Positions 39,457-50,815 are shown, numbered from the stretch's first letter. The stretch: DNA of 64,000 nt from Candidatus Bathyarchaeota archaeon (GCA_963706285.1 CAVPLU010000004.1:288001-352000), one strand, 5' to 3'. Numbers and translations: made by a program. Notes: a model not told the origin generated them from the letters alone.

Positions 39457-40320
39457 ATGTCTATCCCCGAAGATGGGAAGCCGAGGAGCCCTCAGGGATT
39501 GCATGCGAAACAGCTGATATTTGAGATAGTTGCAATCGGAAACGAGTTGTTGATTGGAAAGACACTGGACACAAATTCACATTGGCTAGCAGTGCAGATC
39601 AGCGAGCTCGGGGGAGTGCTTCGGCGAATCACAACAGTGCGAGACAGGCACGAGGAGATTGGAGGCGCAATAAGGGGTGCCCTGTCGAGACATCCCGACT
39701 TCCTGCTTACACTAGGAGGCCTAGGTCCAACACACGATGATATCACACTAGCAAGCATAAGCAGACTCCTCAAGCGCCGACTAGTCCTGAACCCTAGGGC
39801 AGTGGAATTCCTCAGGTCAAGATATTTGACGAGATTTGGACCGCATGTGAAACTCACACCGCCCCGTTTGAAGATGGCGAGATTTCCGTCTGGAGCTACG
39901 CCATTGCCGAATCCTGTTGGCACAGCGCCCGCACCTTGCCTTGTTGTACGCGGAACCACTTTGATCGCTCTTCCCGGAGTTCCGAAGGAAATGCGAGCTA
40001 TTTTCAGAAGTTCAATTAAGCCAATAATCGAAGGTTTCGGGAGCACTTACGCATTCCACGAGCACTCTCTACTACTTCGCGGGATTCCAGAATCGTCATT
40101 GTCGCCGCTGATCGATGAAGTCATGCGAAAGCACCGTTTGGTATTCATCAAATCACACCCACGAGGAATCGAGAGGGACGGATCTGCAAGAATTGAGCTG
40201 CACTTTCGCATCGGTGGGACATCTCGCGATAAGATGGTGAGAGAACTGAAGCTTGCAGTTGCACTGATGAGAAGGAGACTTCGCGGGAAAGCGATTGTTC
40301 GGGACTTGGACCCGTTCTAG
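39457..40320 (+). CDS. CinA N-terminal (molybdopterin-binding-like) protein
   Basis: GNELLIG.TLDTN, GGLGPTHDDIT, NPVGTAP and LPGVP.EM motifs. Confidence 0.9.
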   Translation: MSIPEDGKPRSPQGLHAKQLIFEIVAIGNELLIGKTLDTNSHWLAVQISELGGVLRRITTVRDRHEEIGGAIRGALSRHPDFLLTLGGLGPTHDDITLASISRLLKRRLVLNPRAVEFLRSRYLTRFGPHVKLTPPRLKMARFPSGATPLPNPVGTAPAPCLVVRGTTLIALPGVPKEMRAIFRSSIKPIIEGFGSTYAFHEHSLLLRGIPESSLSPLIDEVMRKHRLVFIKSHPRGIERDGSARIELHFRIGGTSRDKMVRELKLAVALMRRRLRGKAIVRDLDPF

Positions 40321-40401
40321 GCAGTGAAGGACAGCGGGTGTTAGCGCAATCTTTTCGTAACGGTTAGACATCCAATTACCGCCAATGGCGGAAAGCGACC
40401 G

Positions 40402-40560
40402 TTATCGTTTCCAACTGAAGGTTCGACCGCACATCTTGCATTGGTTACGTTGTATCTTGTGCATTCTAGGTCGGGATGCTAGATAGTATCCGATTTTGAT
40501 GGTTCTGCGTGACCCACAGTGAGGACATTTCGGGTTCGGTTTCAGTTTCTTAGCTTTCAT
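40402..40560 (-). CDS. IS1 InsA-like Zn-ribbon peptide (52 aa)
   Basis: Read directly from sequence: MKAKKLKPNPKCPHCGSRRTIKIGYYLASRPRMHKIQRNQCKMCGRTFSWKR. Confidence 0.65.
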   Translation of the reverse strand: MKAKKLKPNPKCPHCGSRRTIKIGYYLASRPRMHKIQRNQCKMCGRTFSWKR

Positions 40561-40886
40561 TCATCCACAAACCTTGTTCTCGCGGTGCGAATGTGTTGTT
40601 GTCGGCACATAGTTTTGGGTTACGTATTTGTTTTTCTCGTGTGTTACCTGACGACGCTGCCGCAGACTAGACTGAGGAAGCTGCTTTCATGCTCGCCCTT
40701 GAATCGAACAGCATCTCAAGCCAAGGATGCTCACACCTGTTCAGTTGCGGAATTGGAGTCATGCGAACCAGAACTGTCTGATTTCAAGAAAAGGGAATGA
40801 GATGACCCAACGTATTGAAGCGTTTGAGGTAGCCCACAGCGAGCGCCTGATCTTAGCCGACAACGTGAGACGCAGAGACAAGCGAG

Positions 40887-41276
40887 TCAATCAGAACTGA
40901 GGGCTTTGGGTTTCCATGTTGGATTCATGAAATCTATGAGATCTTGAAGTTCTTTATCCATCTTATAGTAGATTTCATCGACTTCGAACTCTCGTGCAAT
41001 TTGCTTCAATTCATCCGTAATTTCCTTGACGTGTTCTTTCGGAACTTTGTCGAAGATCACGGCCATGTTGAGATTGCTTGTCGCAGAAGCGATGTCGCCC
41101 CAAATGTGAAAGTCAGACTCCTTGTTGTGCGGAGATCCAAGTTGGCGGTCCGAAAGATGATGCACAACCTTCCCTAGCAGATTCAAGGCATAGTTGACTC
41201 TAAGTCCGACACCGACTTGGGCAGTCCTTGTGATGAGGACGCCTATGTCGTGAACTAGGACGTTAGTTTCGCGCAT
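40887..41276 (-). CDS. Hypothetical protein
   Basis: 129-aa ORF with ATG start and protein-like composition; no motif recognised. Confidence 0.6.
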   Translation of the reverse strand: MRETNVLVHDIGVLITRTAQVGVGLRVNYALNLLGKVVHHLSDRQLGSPHNKESDFHIWGDIASATSNLNMAVIFDKVPKEHVKEITDELKQIAREFEVDEIYYKMDKELQDLIDFMNPTWKPKALSSD

Positions 41277-41723
41277 TCGACCGTCACGCTTGTTTTATTC
41301 AATAAGTAAATGGGTCCTTATTGAATTGACTATTTGGTCAGTCTGGGACACGCACCTACGGTCACGGCTTCGCTTCCTGGCAATTGTGATCCTCAGTTCT
41401 CTGAGGGTTTTGGGGAAGTCGATGTTTGGAGAGGCTGTCCCGGTTGCTTGAGGTCTCTCAGTTTCTTCCGCTTTGTTGCCGGGTTGAGAAGAGACAAGGC
41501 GTCCTAACGTTTTCGGTGTCTAAGTGCATCCTTCTCTGGCTTACGAAGCCATTTGCCGCTCGGATGCTTGTACTTGTAGCCCTCAACAGTCACAAACTCG
41601 GGAGTCCAGGCTCTACCATCATCCTCGTGACTAATGAGTCCAGAGTCGACAATTCTGATTCTCCTGAATAACAGAAAAGATCGGGATAGCCGATGCTAAC
41701 CTAGCACGTTGATAGCGCTCAGG

Positions 41724-41936
41724 CTACTTCTTTGATAGCCACCAGTTCAGGTACTCTTTCTGCTTGCGTCTCTTTTGTTCGTCGCTGGTTTCTCTATCTT
41801 GGAGTTTTCCCTTGCCCTCCAAGAGTTGTTGGGACGTGAATGTGAGGCCGCAGCTCTTGCAATTGTATTGTTTGAAGACTGGGTCGTAGCTAAGCGTTCC
41901 GCCGCATTCGAGACAGTATTGAGTCAAACCCTGCAC
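41724..41936 (-). CDS. Small Zn-ribbon protein
   Basis: CLECGG...CKSCG and a C-terminal EYLNWWL motif. Confidence 0.75.
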   Translation of the reverse strand: MQGLTQYCLECGGTLSYDPVFKQYNCKSCGLTFTSQQLLEGKGKLQDRETSDEQKRRKQKEYLNWWLSKK

Positions 41937-42014
41937 TTTCTAACGAGTCTAACTGCAAGTGGATAGTTAAACATCACGCAGCGCCGACTCCGCATAGGAT
42001 TTCTTGGTCAATTT

Positions 42015-43811
42015 TCAATCGCTTGCACGAGTGTAGTAGTATTCGCCGATCTCCTTTTGCTCACGGTCAAGTTTGCTTCCAAGTTTGTTGACACGAGGTC
42101 TCCCGCTCGTGGGGTCACGTCTGAAAGTCATGTCCATCTGAGTAAGGAAGCTGTTCATTCCTTCTCTAAGTGGTATAGGTTTGCCCGCGTGTCCTGTCAA
42201 GCCGGGTTTTCCATCGAAGATCATCAGTCTGTCAGCAATGAAATCTTGAGAAACGATGTCATGTTCGACGACGAAACCGAAGGCATGCTTCTCTTCGACC
42301 GTGCGCCGGATGGCTTTCGCAGCTGCCAGGCGTTCTTCAACATCTAGGTATGCGCTTGGCTCGTCCAGAAGGTAGACTTGAGAGTCCTTCGCTAAGCAGG
42401 CTATGATCGCTACCCTCTGTAGCTCTCCGCCGCTCAGTTCTTCGATATTTCTGTCCAGCAACTTCGTTAGTCCCAATGGTTTGATGTATTGGTTTGCGAA
42501 TGCTTCGGTTTCGTAGGCTGAGCTTGCGATTGATCGGAAGAGCGCTTCGACCGTCCCCTCGTATTTTGCTGAAATGTATTGTGGCTTGTAGCTGATTGTG
42601 AGGCCTTTCCAGGCAAGTTCGGTTCCATCATCTGACTCTTCCATACCCGCAAGGAGTTTGATGAAGGTGGTTTTGCCGATGCCGTTTGGCCCGAGGATAC
42701 CTACAACCTCTCCTATTCCTGCTGACCCGGCACTCACTGTAAGTCCAAACTGCTTGAATTTCTTAGCCATCTTCGGCCATTCAAGCTGCCAACTCTCGGC
42801 TGGAGCGAAGTCACGGGGCGGTTTCACGTGAAACCTAATCGGTTCGTCGCGGAATCTCATGTTCTCGTCCGGAACGAAGCCGTCCAGGTAGATGTTGACG
42901 CCAACCCGTACCCCATGTATATGAGATACGATTCCATAAACGCCAGGCTCGCCATACAGTACACAGACTTGGTCTGATAGATAGTCAAGCATCGCTAAGT
43001 CATGTTCTGCAATTAGGACAGTCTTCTTTTCTTCGACAAGTCCTCTTATGGCGCGAGCTGCCCTCAGCCTTTGACTGACGTCAAGGTGACTTGATGGTTC
43101 ATCGAAGATGTACACGTCAGCGTCCCGCGCTGACGCAACCGCAATTGCAAGTCTTTGGAGTTCGCCTCCGCTAAGGACGCTCATCTGTCTAGTCTTGATC
43201 TTGTCCAGCTGTAGGAGTTCGACCAGCGGGCGGAGTCTTTCCTCGTTATCGATTTTGTCGAGGGCATCTGAGACCTTGCCCTTCAGATACTCCGGGATTC
43301 GATCTACGTACTGTGGTTTGCTCACTATTGTGAGCTTCTTCTCGCTGAGCTTGTTGAAGTAGTCTTGAAGTATCGAGCCTCGATAGTTTCGAATGATGTT
43401 GTGCCAGTCGGGTGGTCCCTCGAGGTTCCCTAGATTCGGAGCGATCTCACCTGAAAGGATCTTGAGCGCTGTAGTTTTTCCCGTCCCATTTCTGCCGACA
43501 AGTCCGGTAACGGTGCCCTCTTGAGGGACCGGGAGTCTGTACAGCTTGAACGCGTTTACGCCGTAGCGATGGCTGCAATCTCGGTCAAGTTCTGCAGGGA
43601 GGTTGACGATACTGATTGCACCGAACGGGCATTTCTTTATGCATATGCCACACCCAGTGCAAACGTCCTCCACAATAATCGGTTTTTTCTCTCCCTCCAC
43701 GAACTTGATCGCGTATCTCCGGTTCAGGACCTCGGGACAAAATCTGTAGCATGGGATACCGCAGTCATCGGGCTTGCATCTCTCTTTCTCAAGCACAGCT
43801 ACTCTCGTCAT
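42015..43811 (-). CDS. rli: Ribosome-recycling ATPase ABCE1/Rli1
   Basis: N-terminal Fe-S domain (CTGCGICIKKCP) and two ABC domains with LSGGELQR. Confidence 0.97.
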   Translation of the reverse strand: MTRVAVLEKERCKPDDCGIPCYRFCPEVLNRRYAIKFVEGEKKPIIVEDVCTGCGICIKKCPFGAISIVNLPAELDRDCSHRYGVNAFKLYRLPVPQEGTVTGLVGRNGTGKTTALKILSGEIAPNLGNLEGPPDWHNIIRNYRGSILQDYFNKLSEKKLTIVSKPQYVDRIPEYLKGKVSDALDKIDNEERLRPLVELLQLDKIKTRQMSVLSGGELQRLAIAVASARDADVYIFDEPSSHLDVSQRLRAARAIRGLVEEKKTVLIAEHDLAMLDYLSDQVCVLYGEPGVYGIVSHIHGVRVGVNIYLDGFVPDENMRFRDEPIRFHVKPPRDFAPAESWQLEWPKMAKKFKQFGLTVSAGSAGIGEVVGILGPNGIGKTTFIKLLAGMEESDDGTELAWKGLTISYKPQYISAKYEGTVEALFRSIASSAYETEAFANQYIKPLGLTKLLDRNIEELSGGELQRVAIIACLAKDSQVYLLDEPSAYLDVEERLAAAKAIRRTVEEKHAFGFVVEHDIVSQDFIADRLMIFDGKPGLTGHAGKPIPLREGMNSFLTQMDMTFRRDPTSGRPRVNKLGSKLDREQKEIGEYYYTRASD

Positions 43812-44160
43812 TGCAAATCACCATTGGCGGAAAAGCCCGGAATTGAGTTAATCTTCAAGAAAGCGTGTGACGCATCAGAATCGAAGAAAACTAGAAACAC
43901 TGTTGTCCAGAGCGGTCTTCGCCACTCCACTCGTCTTCTTCCCAGTCTTCGTCCTCTTCTTCGTCCCAGTCTTCTTCTTCCTCACTCAAACTTCTTGGCC
44001 TCCAGAACAGCCGCCTATGTTGCGAAATGCGAGTTTCTTTTAAGTCTTTTCTAGGACAGCGGCTGTCAAGTCCTCGTTTGGTCTGAGAGTGCTGTAAAGA
44101 GTCGTTTGGTGGATGTGTTTGCCTACTTTTCGTCAGATTAGACCTTACAACTTTCGGCAC

Positions 44161-44450
44161 ATAGCATCCCAGTTCTCACGAAAACGCTCCAAGTCAATTC
44201 TTTCATATTTGTTTGGAAAGCGTCGTAGCTTGGTGTCTTTATGGTGACGAACACGTTTCCCTTGCGTTCGTAGATGTTTTCGATGAGTTCGTTTCAAGTA
44301 TGGACCTCATTATGGACGACGGGACGATGAAGTACATCTGGATTCTCCATACAATCGACTATTTTGCGTCTTAGATCGACCAAAACATAGAACTTGTTTG
44401 AATCAACTACTGTCATCACGCTCGTGAAGTTTCCAGTCGAACGACTTCTT
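44161..44450 (-). pseudogene. Decayed PD-(D/E)XK nuclease-like fragment
   Basis: Pieces FYVLVDL, YFIVPS and LERFRENW in shifting frames resemble the C-terminal half of small restriction-like nucleases. Confidence 0.35.
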
Positions 44451-44689
44451 TAGGTCGCATGTGGTACTTCACTTGGATTGTTTACCGTGCCCAATTGCCC
44501 ACTAGCGATGATATCTGAAGCTCTCAAGTATTCCGAACCGTCATAAGTGCAAGGTATCCACGTGTCAATAGCTCGGCCGAAGTGTAATGAACTCCAGCAA
44601 TGCCAGCCAGAATGCTTGTCCACCATAGTCTCGCACGGCATCTTTGCGAATGAACAAATCAGCAATCACGGCTAATAATGATTAGCATT

Positions 44690-45070
44690 GCTTCGTCTTG
44701 GTGAGCCGCATTCTGGATTAGGGTTATCCACTTATTCTTGCCCATAATCTTGATTCCTGCCATTTCAGCGGGAGTCTTGCCATCCAGTGCCATGTGTGGA
44801 CGCATGTGGTTGTGGAAGATTTGCATACCTGTAAGGATCGGCGTATCGGTTCGCTTGAGTGATCGCATGGTTTTCTCTCTTGATCTACGGTGCCGTTGAA
44901 TGACTCCATCTTCTGATTGCCCTTGTCTCCTTGCCATGTGATGTGTTCGACTGCTTCGTACGGGGTTCTGGTGAGCGTAGAACTCACGCTTGTACGCCAC
45001 ATGGTAGGCGTGAAGTCCATCGGTGATGAGTGTAAGCGGCCTTTTGCCAGCCACCTCTTTCCTTGCGGAA
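44690..45070 (-). mobile_element. IS6-family DDE transposase remnant (3' part, frameshifted)
   Basis: LITDGL.AY, NQKMESFNG and HNHMRPHMALDGKTPAE.AGI...NKWITLIQNA motifs; 5' half absent; no inverted repeats seen. Confidence 0.85.
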
Positions 45071-45206
45071 CAGTTCACTAGCGTATTCGGGTGCTTCATG
45101 GCTGAACTTGTCTCCCGCGACTTCTTTCGTGGATCGCCTCGAGCGTCGAGGAGTTTTGTTCGCGCTTCCTATTAGGTGGCTACATGCAGTTCACACTCGG
45201 AAGAAG

Positions 45207-45857
45207 ATGTGTGCTGCCCTGCTGACTCTCTCAGTACGCGTCAGAGATATCGAAAAAGCCGCCGCGATAGTGAAGAGAGGCGGCATCGTAGCCTATCCCA
45301 CAGACACTGTCTACGGATTGGGCTGTGACCCCCACAACCCTCGAGCCATAAGAAGAGCCATGGCCGTCAAAGGAAGAAAAGGAAAGAAACCGTTTCCCAT
45401 CTTGGTCCTTTCATCTCGGCTGGCAGACCAGATTGCTGTAATGGATCGTCGAGCAAAGATACTGGCCTCCAAGTTTTGGCCAGGCCCGCTCACCCTAGTT
45501 CTCAAACCGAGGGTTCGGTTTCCTAATGCGCTTACTCTGGGGCGTAGGTCGATAGCGGTGAGATGCCCAAACGACCGGGTGGCATTAGGGCTGATTAGGA
45601 AATGCGGAGGGCTACTCACCGGGACAAGCGCAAACCTCTCAGGAGAGCCTCCCTGCACCAACGCAAAGATGGTCCGCCACTGCTTCGGTGATCGCATAGA
45701 TGCGGTCTTGGACGGTGGGGAGTCTTCGCTGCGGGCTGGATCAACAATCGTTCGTGTCAATTCTCGTGGAGTCAGAATGCTTCGAGAAGGGCCTATACGA
45801 AACGAACAGGTGAAACAAGCACTCTCAGTTGTCTTCCCACATCATGGGAGAAGATAG
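45207..45857 (+). CDS. sua5: Threonylcarbamoyl-AMP synthase (YrdC/TsaC domain only)
   Basis: YPTDTVYGLG, KGR, FWPGPLT, TSANLSG and STIV motifs. Confidence 0.93.
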   Translation: MCAALLTLSVRVRDIEKAAAIVKRGGIVAYPTDTVYGLGCDPHNPRAIRRAMAVKGRKGKKPFPILVLSSRLADQIAVMDRRAKILASKFWPGPLTLVLKPRVRFPNALTLGRRSIAVRCPNDRVALGLIRKCGGLLTGTSANLSGEPPCTNAKMVRHCFGDRIDAVLDGGESSLRAGSTIVRVNSRGVRMLREGPIRNEQVKQALSVVFPHHGRR

Positions 45858-45937
45858 CTTAGGATGCGTGCCCTGGGCCAAACCCTTTTTCAAGCATTAG
45901 CAGTGGTTACTGGGACAATCCAGAGCGGGCGAGTCGT

Positions 45938-46483
45938 TTGCTGAAAGATTTCAATCTGCTAATATCTACATCACGAGGCAACGAGAGAAACACCTGCAGT
46001 GAAATGTGGTATCTGCTCGGCGAGGCGGGCGACCGTACTGCGGTGGTAGAACGAACGCAAGTCATAGGACTTGTCGTGGCACGTACAAGAATCGACCCAG
46101 TGACAGCAATCGACAGACTGCGCTCGCTTCTTCTGGAACGCCCGTGGGAATTTCGCTACACTCTGAAGGTTACTCCGATCACTGGCACCGTGCCATCTGA
46201 TCCACAGGGAATTGAGAATTATGCAGCGAAGTTGGCCGAATCCCTAGCGAAGGATGAGAAGTATCGCGTTACTATCGAGAAACGTAGGACTTCGATCTCA
46301 GGTCGAGAATTGATTGAAGCAGTAGCCAAGCGAATCGATCGAAAAGTTGACCTCAACGGACCGGACAAGGTTGTGCTGATACAGATTCTAGGTGAAGTCA
46401 CTGGAGTGTCTGTGATAGCGCCGGACAAGATTCTTTCTGTTGAGAGAGAGAAGCGGTTGGCTTCGCAAGCACGATCAAAGTAG
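45938..46483 (+). CDS. THUMP-domain RNA-binding protein
   Basis: YRVTIEKR and KVDLNGPDKVVLIQILG motifs. Confidence 0.88.
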   Translation: MLKDFNLLISTSRGNERNTCSEMWYLLGEAGDRTAVVERTQVIGLVVARTRIDPVTAIDRLRSLLLERPWEFRYTLKVTPITGTVPSDPQGIENYAAKLAESLAKDEKYRVTIEKRRTSISGRELIEAVAKRIDRKVDLNGPDKVVLIQILGEVTGVSVIAPDKILSVEREKRLASQARSK

Positions 46484-46501
46484 TGACTCGCACTGCCAAT
46501 G

Positions 46502-47071
46502 TCAGGTTCTTGTTGATAGGAGGGCGACCCGTTCGACGACTGCCTTCTCTATGGCTGTCTTGGCTTCCTGACCAGGCATCCTGATAGCCTCCAACTCCGC
46601 GCTGCCTATCTCATACAGTGCTATCAGTTCGTTCTCCTTCTCCTCAGACCATTCGTCGAGTATACCGTCAATCAACTCTGCCCGAACGAAATGCGCTATC
46701 TTCTTCTCTAGTTCTCGGGCATCTTCCTCCGACCCGGAAAACGCAAGAAGGCCAACTATCTTTGAGTCTTGGGTAACTCCGGCTTTCGATATTGCGGCAG
46801 CGATTTGCCTCTGAGCTGAAGCATAGAGAAGCGTCTCCATTGCGAGGCTTTTTGAGATATTAATGCCTGTCTTGAATGCGTGTAAAGCATTGATGGCTGT
46901 GAACTTCAAGTGTTCCTTGCCGGCGATAAGTCCTCCATCAAAGAACTGAATGTCGTTGTCGGGAATCTTGGCTCTTATCTCCTCTAGAGCTGTGAAGGGG
47001 ACCATGTCCGAAGGTACCCTGAATGCTGAAATCAAAACGAATTTTCCGTATTCAGATAGATCTAGAATCAA
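46502..47071 (-). CDS. cgi121: KEOPS subunit Cgi121
   Basis: H...A..A and NISKSLAMETLLYASAQRQI..AI motifs. Confidence 0.9.
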   Translation of the reverse strand: MILDLSEYGKFVLISAFRVPSDMVPFTALEEIRAKIPDNDIQFFDGGLIAGKEHLKFTAINALHAFKTGINISKSLAMETLLYASAQRQIAAAISKAGVTQDSKIVGLLAFSGSEEDARELEKKIAHFVRAELIDGILDEWSEEKENELIALYEIGSAELEAIRMPGQEAKTAIEKAVVERVALLSTRT

Positions 47072-47074
47072 GAC

Positions 47075-47665
47075 TTATCGATAGAGGCGTGCGTACTCAA
47101 TTAGCTTTTCCACGACGCCGCGACTGATTCCGGCACTGGTGAGTGTGTCTTTGATCGAGCTGATCGATTTTCCCTTCTTCTCGGCTTCATTAAGTAGCCG
47201 CCTTGTGTTCTCAAGTCGTTCCCAGGGGAAAATGATCCATTGTTCAGTTTGAACCATGAAGAAGTCAGGTTTGAAGATGCTCTGCGGTTTGTAATATAAC
47301 GTGGCAGTTTTGATCGCTCTTGCACCGCAGACATCAATGTGCTCGACGGCAACCTTCAAACTCTCGCCAGTGTCTGAGACGTCATCTACAACGAGAACAT
47401 TGGCACCTTTGACGGGAACCATGATCGCTTGGCTTATCACGGGCTTTCTTGCAGTAACGCCAGGCGCAAGATAGAACTCAATCCTGATGCTTGCTGTGTT
47501 TGCATTCTCTAACAGGTCTGACATGACGCGGGCGGGTGCCCATCCACCTCGGCACACTCCGACAATCAAATCAGGTCGGAAACCAGAATCCTTCACCCGT
47601 TTAGCCAGCTCCATGAGCATGTCGTATATCTGATCCCATGACGGCGCAACAAAGGAGACGGGCAA
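47075..47665 (-). CDS. Purine phosphoribosyltransferase
   Basis: RGG..PAR, VLVVDDVSDTGESL and WIIFPWE motifs. Confidence 0.92.
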   Translation of the reverse strand: MPVSFVAPSWDQIYDMLMELAKRVKDSGFRPDLIVGVCRGGWAPARVMSDLLENANTASIRIEFYLAPGVTARKPVISQAIMVPVKGANVLVVDDVSDTGESLKVAVEHIDVCGARAIKTATLYYKPQSIFKPDFFMVQTEQWIIFPWERLENTRRLLNEAEKKGKSISSIKDTLTSAGISRGVVEKLIEYARLYR

Positions 47666-48049
47666 CTAGTCTGGCTCCGAGGCGTACAGCACTCTTGGAC
47701 AGCCGCTATAAGAGTTGTCTCCTTGAGAAAGAAGTGGAAAGAAACAGATTCACTCATCTGAGCTTCTGAAATTACTAGTCATCAAGGCCGAGTTGCATCA
47801 TAGCGTTTGAGAATCTCAAACTCGTCCGGCGTGAAAGTTGCTCAGCGGAGATGCACATTTCACGGGGCAGTCCCCTCAAAGCAGGTCAGTCCACTTCATC
47901 GCAAGTCCTTCGATGTGAACGCTTCCTCTTAAGTGCAATCGTGAGTCCATCACGCACGCGCGTGAAAGCGATCATCTGATTGGCTTTATATTCCAGATAT
48001 CGACCTACGCCACTTTGCCTTTCGCATAACTGAGAAATCCTGAAGGTGG

Positions 48050-48610
48050 ATGAGCATGTCTCGAAGGAAGACAAAACGAAAGCACAACGCAGTCGAGGTT
48101 GTCGGTCTAGTAGCGATAGGTATCTTCGTCGTAGGCATCATCTGGTTGGCATTCTTCACTCAACCACAGACTCCGCAGAATCCAAACCAGACAACGGCGC
48201 TTCTTCCTGCCTCTGATTTCGCATTGACAGATGTGGATGGCAATACCTTTCGGCTTTCAGATCAGCAAGGCAAAATTGTCGTCCTTGAATTCATGCGAAC
48301 TACTTGCTCAGCCTGTGTCACCGAGGGCCCAGCCCTTGCGGACCTCCGAACCAAGTTTGGAGGCGATGTCGTCATGGTAACCCTTACTGTTGATCCGATC
48401 GGCGATACCGACAGTGTTTTTCGAAACTATCGGAATGAGAACATGAAGGGCTGGACTGCAATTAGAGATACGGCGCAAGTGTACCAGAAATATTCAGTGG
48501 ACGCGACTCCCACGATCTTCATCATAGACAAGAATGGAGATATCAGATACCGACACGTGGGAGTGACCGAATCCGCGATTCTAATTGCCGAAATTGGAAG
48601 CTTGGCTTAA
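48050..48610 (+). CDS. Membrane-anchored TlpA/ResA-like thioredoxin
   Basis: N-terminal TM, DFALTD.DG, CSAC and TPT.FIIDK.G motifs. Confidence 0.88.
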   Translation: MSMSRRKTKRKHNAVEVVGLVAIGIFVVGIIWLAFFTQPQTPQNPNQTTALLPASDFALTDVDGNTFRLSDQQGKIVVLEFMRTTCSACVTEGPALADLRTKFGGDVVMVTLTVDPIGDTDSVFRNYRNENMKGWTAIRDTAQVYQKYSVDATPTIFIIDKNGDIRYRHVGVTESAILIAEIGSLA

Positions 48611-48673
48611 TCGAAAACCCTGAGGGCACGTGAACCGGATGATACAGGGCGCTTAACTCGCCCTTCCAACCGC

Positions 48674-49412
48674 GTGCGATTGTCCGGTCTTTCCATTCCA
48701 AACGAGGTTACGGGAGCTGGTTTGCGAGCAAGTCGTGGCTGGAGATGGTGGATCTCTCGCAGGATATTGTGGCTGTTCTTCGTTCTCTTTCGCCAGCGAA
48801 GACAAAGCAGACTAGTCCTTGAAAATGTCAGAGGAATTCCACTAGTCGTATTTCCCGGTGTCTTTCATCCAGTTCTTTTTCTCAGCACATCGCTTCTTCT
48901 TGATGCCATCGAAGAATCCAAGTTGGGAATTGACTCGCTTGTTCTTGACCTCGGTACTGGCACCGGAGTCTGCGCAATAGCCGCCGCCCGGAAGGGCACA
49001 AAGGTGACTGCAACCGACATCAGTCCAATCGCAGTTCGATGTGCAAAAGCGAACGTCCTCGTCAGCAACTTGGAGGATAGAGTCAGAGTCCTTGAGGGCG
49101 ACCTATTCGAACCAGTCGGAAGCGAGAGGTTTGACCTGGTGATCTTCAATCCGCCGTACTTCAAAGGAAGACCGGTAGATTGGGCCGATTACGCTTGGCG
49201 AGGCGAGGGAGTGTTCCAGAGATTCTTGGAAGGCCTGAGTGTTCATCTGACTCGTAGAGGCAAAGTTCTCCTTTCGGTCTCCACCGAGCTTGATTTGGCA
49301 GCCGTTAAGAAGGCACTCTTAGAGAAGGGATTTGTAGTGCGTGAGACTACGCAAGCGGAAGATTCCTGGTGAGACGCTCTACGTCTATGAGTGCGCTCCC
49401 TCTAACCCGTGA
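48674..49412 (+). CDS. HemK2/Mtq2-like methyltransferase, +1 frameshift near 49346
   Basis: LDLGTGTG and FNPPY motifs; the terminal strand RKRKIPGETLYVYE is in the +1 frame; span 739 = 3n+1. Confidence 0.85.
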
Positions 49413-49418
49413 CCCGTT

Positions 49419-50267
49419 TCAGATATGGAGCCATATCTGTAACTGGCTGAAGACTATCATGGCTGCTAGTCCGAAGCATATGGCAAGCGGAAGCCCGGGA
49501 AATACATTCCTTCGTTCCAGCATCTTGAATCCGAGAAAGCTGCCGACCAAAACGCCCGCAAAGGACCCGAAGTATGCGAATGTCCCGAAATTGACCATTG
49601 CATTGCTTACAAGCATAGAGTAGAAGACAAGGTCGCCCATACCGATCGTGAGGTCGCCGACTGTGAAGACTGCTCCTTTGAAATCCTCCAGATCAGCCAT
49701 CTCTGCGATCTTGCCTATTGGACCACGATAAACTGAGACTAGATCATATGCGGCTAGTGCGATCAGTAGCACGATGGCAGTCATGGTGGGGATTGAAGCG
49801 CCAAGAAAGGTTCCGATCAATGACCCAACTATTGTGACCGAGACTAGCCGGACGCCCTCACGTGCTCTATGCATTCCCACGAGCAGCAGTACGGAGATTA
49901 GTCCAGTCAATCCAATCCATCCGTATCCGTAGACATCTATGGTCGAGGACAGCTGCGTCGCATACAGCTCACTGTACCAATTGAGAAGGAAGAATGTGAC
50001 AAGCAGCATCGCTCCGGTAATCAGATACTTCACTACATGTCTTCTACGATACTTCACAAGCAGATAGATCAGAGTAGCAGCAAGCGCCATCATCACGACG
50101 AAAACTGACGCGTTCAAAGTAGCCCCGCTCGGAGTTTCAGGGAACACGGTGATTGACACAACCTCAGCATTCGAGGCTTGCAACCCAAAGGTGAGGAGCC
50201 CGGAGAGTAGAAGCCCAGCTAGGACAGGGACGATTTGGCTGGGGGTTGCTCTGAAAGGTTTAGTCAT
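49419..50267 (-). CDS. Presenilin-family intramembrane aspartyl protease
   Basis: YD, GMGD and PGLP motifs; ATGA overlap with the upstream gene. Confidence 0.9.
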   Translation of the reverse strand: MTKPFRATPSQIVPVLAGLLLSGLLTFGLQASNAEVVSITVFPETPSGATLNASVFVVMMALAATLIYLLVKYRRRHVVKYLITGAMLLVTFFLLNWYSELYATQLSSTIDVYGYGWIGLTGLISVLLLVGMHRAREGVRLVSVTIVGSLIGTFLGASIPTMTAIVLLIALAAYDLVSVYRGPIGKIAEMADLEDFKGAVFTVGDLTIGMGDLVFYSMLVSNAMVNFGTFAYFGSFAGVLVGSFLGFKMLERRNVFPGLPLAICFGLAAMIVFSQLQIWLHI

Positions 50268-50815
50268 TTGGTCATGCCTAGCTTGTTTGAGCATATCTCG
50301 CAGTAATCTTCTCTCTTGCGATCGGTGTCCTCTAGACTGTTCGAGAAACGCATTACACATAGTGGGTCCTTGCAGTGAGTGAGGCCCAATGTGTGCCCAA
50401 GTTCATGCATGCCTTCCTTGACAACTCGAACAGGCAGAAGTTCAGCCTCCCCATAACTGGTACGGCCTTTCAATCTGTATGTCGAGATTATCGCGGTTCT
50501 TCCGGGCAAATGGGCTTCTCCAAAGACGAAGTTCATGCCTGGTACGTACAGGTCTAGGTCCGTCACGCCTAGCAATTTGTCGTTCTGGAGATGTTCTGCG
50601 TTTTTCTCAAGATTCTCAAGGATTCTTGTAGCGTGGTATTGGTTGGTGTTAGGGTTGCGCCATTTCTCTGCGGCGTTCTCCATTTCAACTAGCCGGCAGG
50701 TGGCTCCTGTGAATTTGACCGGAAGTCGCTCAAGGAGAGTGGCAATCGATTCTTCTTGAACTTGGCCCACCGCAACGAGAGCAATGCTCTGGAGCCTAGA
50801 TGTCGTACGATTCAC
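50264..50815 (-). CDS. amzA: Archaemetzincin
   Basis: [12 protein letters not shown]...CVMRFSNS...D.K...CEIC; GTG start inferred. Confidence 0.92.
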   Translation of the reverse strand: MNRTTSRLQSIALVAVGQVQEESIATLLERLPVKFTGATCRLVEMENAAEKWRNPNTNQYHATRILENLEKNAEHLQNDKLLGVTDLDLYVPGMNFVFGEAHLPGRTAIISTYRLKGRTSYGEAELLPVRVVKEGMHELGHTLGLTHCKDPLCVMRFSNSLEDTDRKREDYCEICSNKLGMTK

